A DNA stretch of 64,000 nt from Candidatus Moraniibacteriota bacterium (GTDB lineage: Bacteria > Patescibacteriota > Minisyncoccia > Moranbacterales > GCA-2747515), in the NCBI GenBank assembly GCA_046116545.1, contig CP175956.1, positions 321,734 through 385,733 on the forward strand. The letters run 5' to 3'. The position numbers and the translations under genes were made by a program. The number at the start of each line of letters is the position of its first letter. Position 1 is the first letter of the stretch. Under the pieces are notes generated by a model. It was not told where the DNA came from and did no database searches. It saw only the letters and a list, made by a program, of their open reading frames with translations. Below are positions 60,532-64,000 of the stretch, one piece after another.

Positions 60532-61122
60532 TTATTTTTGATACATTTTATTATTTTGAATATATTTCACAATCTCACACTCTGTAAGTTCATTAACAAA
60601 CTTTCCCTGTTTAATTCGATTACGAATATCAGTACTAGAGATTTCTGGAATTTCCACATCGAGAATTTTATAATCACTAGGTAATTGCAACGTATTCATA
60701 TTGATGCCTCTACGTGGAATAATGAGAAATTTTTGATTTTCAAAAAGATATTCTCCTTCATTCCAAAAACCTAGAACATCACACTTACCATCAAATTGCT
60801 CACGTGGTACAAAATGATCTGCGCCACAGTACCATACGATTTCTACATCTGGATAGCATTGCTTCAAATTTTCTATCACAACCACAGTTGGCACTGCACA
60901 CTCAGTTTCATATAAAACTGATACATTTTCATTATTAGCAAAAAGTAATTTACCCATTTCCCAACGCACTCTTGATGCAATCATTCCCGGTTTATCAGGT
61001 CTATCACCCGATACTGTCCAACGTACTTGATCAAATTCCCCCGTCGCAACAACTGCTCCAACGAGTTTTTTATGACCAATGTGAGGTGGATTTGCTGCAC
61101 TGCCTCCAATAGCTATTTTCAT
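60532..61122 (-). CDS. nadD: Nicotinate-nucleotide adenylyltransferase
   Basis: GGSAANPPHIGH (HxGH), CGAD, EISSTDIR, YIQNNKMY. Confidence 0.9.
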   Translation of the reverse strand: MKIAIGGSAANPPHIGHKKLVGAVVATGEFDQVRWTVSGDRPDKPGMIASRVRWEMGKLLFANNENVSVLYETECAVPTVVVIENLKQCYPDVEIVWYCGADHFVPREQFDGKCDVLGFWNEGEYLFENQKFLIIPRRGINMNTLQLPSDYKILDVEIPEISSTDIRNRIKQGKFVNELTECEIVKYIQNNKMYQK

Positions 61123-61182
61123 AATATTATCCTCCAAATATTTATGTGTATATTTTCAAAGAACTTGTAGTCACCCAATATT

Positions 61183-61251
61183 GTCATTCCAGAAATTTTT
61201 ATTTATCCAAGAGCGTTTAGCAATTGGTAATAAATATGATTGTCCGGAATC
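61183..61251. repeat. Long REP-like hairpin, GTCATTCC...GGAATC family
   Basis: GTCATTCCAGA...TGTCCGGAATCC; same ends as 33027-33093. Confidence 0.5.
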
Positions 61252-61384
61252 CAGTCTCTAAGACTAAATGAGTATCTACAAATTATTTAAAAAGTTATGT
61301 TACAAGAACTAGAATTTTCTAGCTCTTGTAACTTTAGTGTATTAGTTACACTATCTCAGTGTAAAAAAATTTGCGTAAATCCAC

Positions 61385-61612
61385 CTACTGTTGATATCTG
61401 TCGATGAGTTCTTGCGCCCTCTCTTCATTACCTTGCCTACGCATCCGATTTACCACTGGACCAAGTCCATTTTTCTGAACTTCCTGATCAAGGGTCATCA
61501 TTGGCATCTGCATTTGCACAAAGCCATTTGCCCAATCACCCACACCCATTATTCTTCCCATTTGATTACGTACAATATTCATATCTCCAATCTCCTTTGT
61601 TTTGTGAGGCAT
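61385..61612 (-). CDS. Small hypothetical protein
   Basis: 75-aa ORF (may start at 61582) followed by a hairpin at about 61299-61332. Confidence 0.55.
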   Translation of the reverse strand: MPHKTKEIGDMNIVRNQMGRIMGVGDWANGFVQMQMPMMTLDQEVQKNGLGPVVNRMRRQGNEERAQELIDRYQQ

Positions 61613-61834
61613 TTTACGCTTACACTTATTTATATAAAAGAACTACTTTTTTATTACTTAGTGTATCTATTACACCACTAACTATAATTTAGCATACTCC
61701 CTAAATCGTGTCAAGCATACACTAAGCCTATTCTATAAATAACTATTACTTATTAATTAACCAAAACAAAAACAGGTCTTAAAATTAATTTAAGTCCTGT
61801 TTCTTTATACTAAAAATATCCAGCTATGGCATTT

Positions 61835-62173
61835 TCAAGCCCAACCTATAGAATTAGGTAATCCAGCCATCTTACATGGCACGATTATTGGATCATGAAA
61901 AGCAATACACAATTTTCTTATGGTCATATCCATTCCATTATCGTTCAACCTCTTGATGAGAATTCTCATCATTGGAGCAACACCATTCTTTGCATAATAT
62001 AATCGTAATTCATCAATAACTGCCCAATGAATATCATTAAGCTCTTCAATGCCTGCTTTCTCGGCCACATAATCAGCAAATGTTTCCAGCTCTCCTGTTG
62101 AAAAATTAAAGTTCACTGAATACCCCTCCGCATTTACTTTAAACATTTTACCTTTATGTTTTATCACTGGCAT
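61835..62173 (-). CDS. TusE/DsrC family protein lacking the terminal cysteine
   Basis: VNAEGY, ELNDIHWAVIDELRLYY, APMMRIL, CKMAGLP; ends IGWA instead of GCV/I. Confidence 0.82.
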   Translation of the reverse strand: MPVIKHKGKMFKVNAEGYSVNFNFSTGELETFADYVAEKAGIEELNDIHWAVIDELRLYYAKNGVAPMMRILIKRLNDNGMDMTIRKLCIAFHDPIIVPCKMAGLPNSIGWA

Positions 62174-62354
62174 AACTGATGCTCCTCTTTATTAAGAATT
62201 GTTAAGTTAACTACATTTCAAATAATATTATCTCACAAGCATCAAAAAATCAAGTGTTTTAATTCATATTTTTACAAATAAAAAAGATGAGAAACGCCTT
62301 TTGTAGTTATACAAAATTTGTTTCTCACCCACTTGAATCCCTGTTAAGGAATTA

Positions 62355-63041
62355 CTATTTGTTCAGTTTAGCTCTTCGTGCAGCGATACGCTTGCGAGAT
62401 TTTTCAGCAAGCACATCATCTTGAAGATCACTGCCAAATCCAGCAAGTGCTCTCTTCAAACGAGCATCTGCAACGGCAGCTTTTTTATCAATGCGTTCAT
62501 TGATACTGTCAACGGAGGCATCCATATTAGCCAAACCGCCAATCTTATCAAGTGCTTCAGCAGCCTTACCTTTTGCAACAGCTGAGCGTTCTTTGATTTC
62601 TACTTCACGTACCTGACGTACGTTATGCACCAAGGCTTTGTTAAGTTTATCAAATACCTTGTCCAACGTTTGAGATGTCTCTATTGCATCAGCAAGTTCA
62701 GTATCCATGTCTTCCAGCTGCTGTTCTAAGCCAACAAGTTCCATGTCCAGGCTTTCAGCCAGATGGTCATTAGATGGATCATTATCCGAAAGGAAAAGAT
62801 CGATATCATCATTCATCTGATCAAGCCGTTTTTGCAACATTTCCTTTGCGTTTACCAAACGTTGCTGGTGACCCTCAGAAATTGCAAGAGCATCACCATA
62901 GTCATCAACAGCTGCTTCCAAATCACGAATTTTTTGCTTAAGAACTGGAATTGACAGTTCATCGATTCCTTTGTCCAAAAGTTCATGAAGTCCAGCCTTT
63001 GCCAAAAGTCTTGCTTTACTAAAAAGTGTTTCTGCTGCCAT
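62355..63041 (-). CDS. PspA/IM30 family protein
   Basis: Amphipathic N-terminal helix (LFSKARLLAKAGLHELLD), LKQKIRDLE, long coiled coil; AGGAGG upstream. Confidence 0.8.
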   Translation of the reverse strand: MAAETLFSKARLLAKAGLHELLDKGIDELSIPVLKQKIRDLEAAVDDYGDALAISEGHQQRLVNAKEMLQKRLDQMNDDIDLFLSDNDPSNDHLAESLDMELVGLEQQLEDMDTELADAIETSQTLDKVFDKLNKALVHNVRQVREVEIKERSAVAKGKAAEALDKIGGLANMDASVDSINERIDKKAAVADARLKRALAGFGSDLQDDVLAEKSRKRIAARRAKLNK

Positions 63042-63128
63042 GATATATACCTCCTTAAGGTATGTTAGATTTGGATCAATATGATCCTTTGATTTGATAC
63101 AGGATTACTACATCTTTTTATTTATAGG

Positions 63129-64000
63129 TTACCATCCACCAGATGAGCCGCCGCTTATTCCACCACTGCTACTGCCCCAACTGCCAGATGATCCTCCACT
63201 TATTCCACTACCACTCCAACTACCTGATGAACTACCACCAATTGAACCAATCGATGTCCCCCACGTGGAACTTCCACCAGAAATACTGGACTGCGCGTCA
63301 GACACATCGCTTTGCGCAATATCTAATGCACTATCAACCATATTACTCACACTTTGAATACGTGTAATAGCTTCACTGATATTAGTAAAATTTTTTGCAT
63401 TATCAAATCTCTCTCGTGCATTACTAATCTTATTACGTGCTCGAGAACTAATGTCTGACCGATGGTCTTGCAAATATTCCTCTGCTACTGACAATGATTG
63501 TTCTGCAGTAATACGAGCAGTTGCTAATCGACGTCTTTTACGAACCATCGTTTCACGCTCATTTTCTGCCTGATCCAAAATATGATCTGCAGACTTGTTT
63601 GCGCTAATTGCAAGTCGCATAGCACGCACATAATCTGGTTTTACATCTTGCAAAATTACTTTTGCCATTTCCAGATTTTCACGCGCCTTGGTCAAATCAT
63701 TCCACCAACCATCATCAATATCAGCATCATACATCGAAATGTACTCATCTGTTTTTTCAATGTCAGCCTGTGCATCACGTATTTCTTTATGCACATTTGC
63801 TTTGGCAATATCCAAATTATTACTAAGTTCCGTAATGGAATGGACCAGCGATTGTGCTTTAGCAATCAATAAATTTGATTGATTGACTAAAGATTGTGCC
63901 TGTTCCCAATTCTGCTCATTCATCGTGACAAATTGTTTTGCTTGTTGCACGAGTTGCATTGCATCAATTACTGCATTTTCAGCCTCTGTGCCATTACCAC
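63129..64000 (-). CDS. C-terminal part of a coiled-coil protein with Gly/Ser-rich tail (probably the TPM-domain partner of PspA); starts beyond the window
   Basis: The frame is open to the window end; tail GGSSSGSWSGSG...GGSSGGW; directly upstream of the PspA-like gene. Confidence 0.7.
   Translation of the reverse strand, partial: GNGTEAENAVIDAMQLVQQAKQFVTMNEQNWEQAQSLVNQSNLLIAKAQSLVHSITELSNNLDIAKANVHKEIRDAQADIEKTDEYISMYDADIDDGWWNDLTKARENLEMAKVILQDVKPDYVRAMRLAISANKSADHILDQAENERETMVRKRRRLATARITAEQSLSVAEEYLQDHRSDISSRARNKISNARERFDNAKNFTNISEAITRIQSVSNMVDSALDIAQSDVSDAQSSISGGSSTWGTSIGSIGGSSSGSWSGSGISGGSSGSWGSSSGGISGGSSGGW

Noticed and set aside
49889-61802. Integron cassette array (small genes each followed by a palindrome)
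   Set aside because: The palindromes are near-perfect hairpins without consistent RYYYAAC/GTTRRRY attC boxes, genes have their own promoter-like regions, and no integrase is present. Read as terminators.
63129-63290. Short tandem CCA/CCACT-rich repeats
   Set aside because: They encode the Gly/Ser-rich protein tail.
1-64000. CRISPR array, tRNA or rRNA genes
   Set aside because: No regularly spaced direct repeats and no complete cloverleaf were seen; the repeats are dispersed palindromes.
1-64000. Alternative genetic code (TGA recoded as in Gracilibacteria/Absconditabacteria)
   Set aside because: Long conserved genes are uninterrupted in code 11 and several end at TGA at the expected length (GIY-YIG, xseA, pncB).

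Overview
AT-rich bacterial chromosome segment using the standard code (TGA is a stop). The gene content points to a Patescibacteria/CPR (Parcubacteria-like) genome: CPR-type pilin, GT39 and GT4 glycosyltransferases, long acidic coiled-coil proteins, and core genes without Shine-Dalgarno motifs. Housekeeping genes include dxs (partial), sufS-sufU-sufT, ispG, manC, uvrA, an ftsQ-like gene, holB, mreB, murA, rplY, rodA, korAB and xseAB. Accessory content: (i) a ~4.4 kb putative defence island (41.1-45.5 kb) with a retron-type reverse transcriptase, preceded by a DUF3800/RNase H-like gene and an unusually compact ~100 nt inverted-repeat-bounded ncRNA candidate; (ii) a small GIY-YIG nuclease gene between two REP-like palindromes whose empty doublet recurs elsewhere, among several REP/MITE families that fill operon gaps; (iii) a leader-peptide attenuator before a GNAT gene, an antisense-type structured leader and a stand-alone structured small transcript; (iv) a subtilase-pilin fusion; (v) a nadD-pncB-nadK-nadE NAD(P) salvage cluster with TusE/DsrC-like and PspA genes. 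No tRNA, rRNA or CRISPR array was seen. All family calls come from reading motifs by eye; no searches were run.
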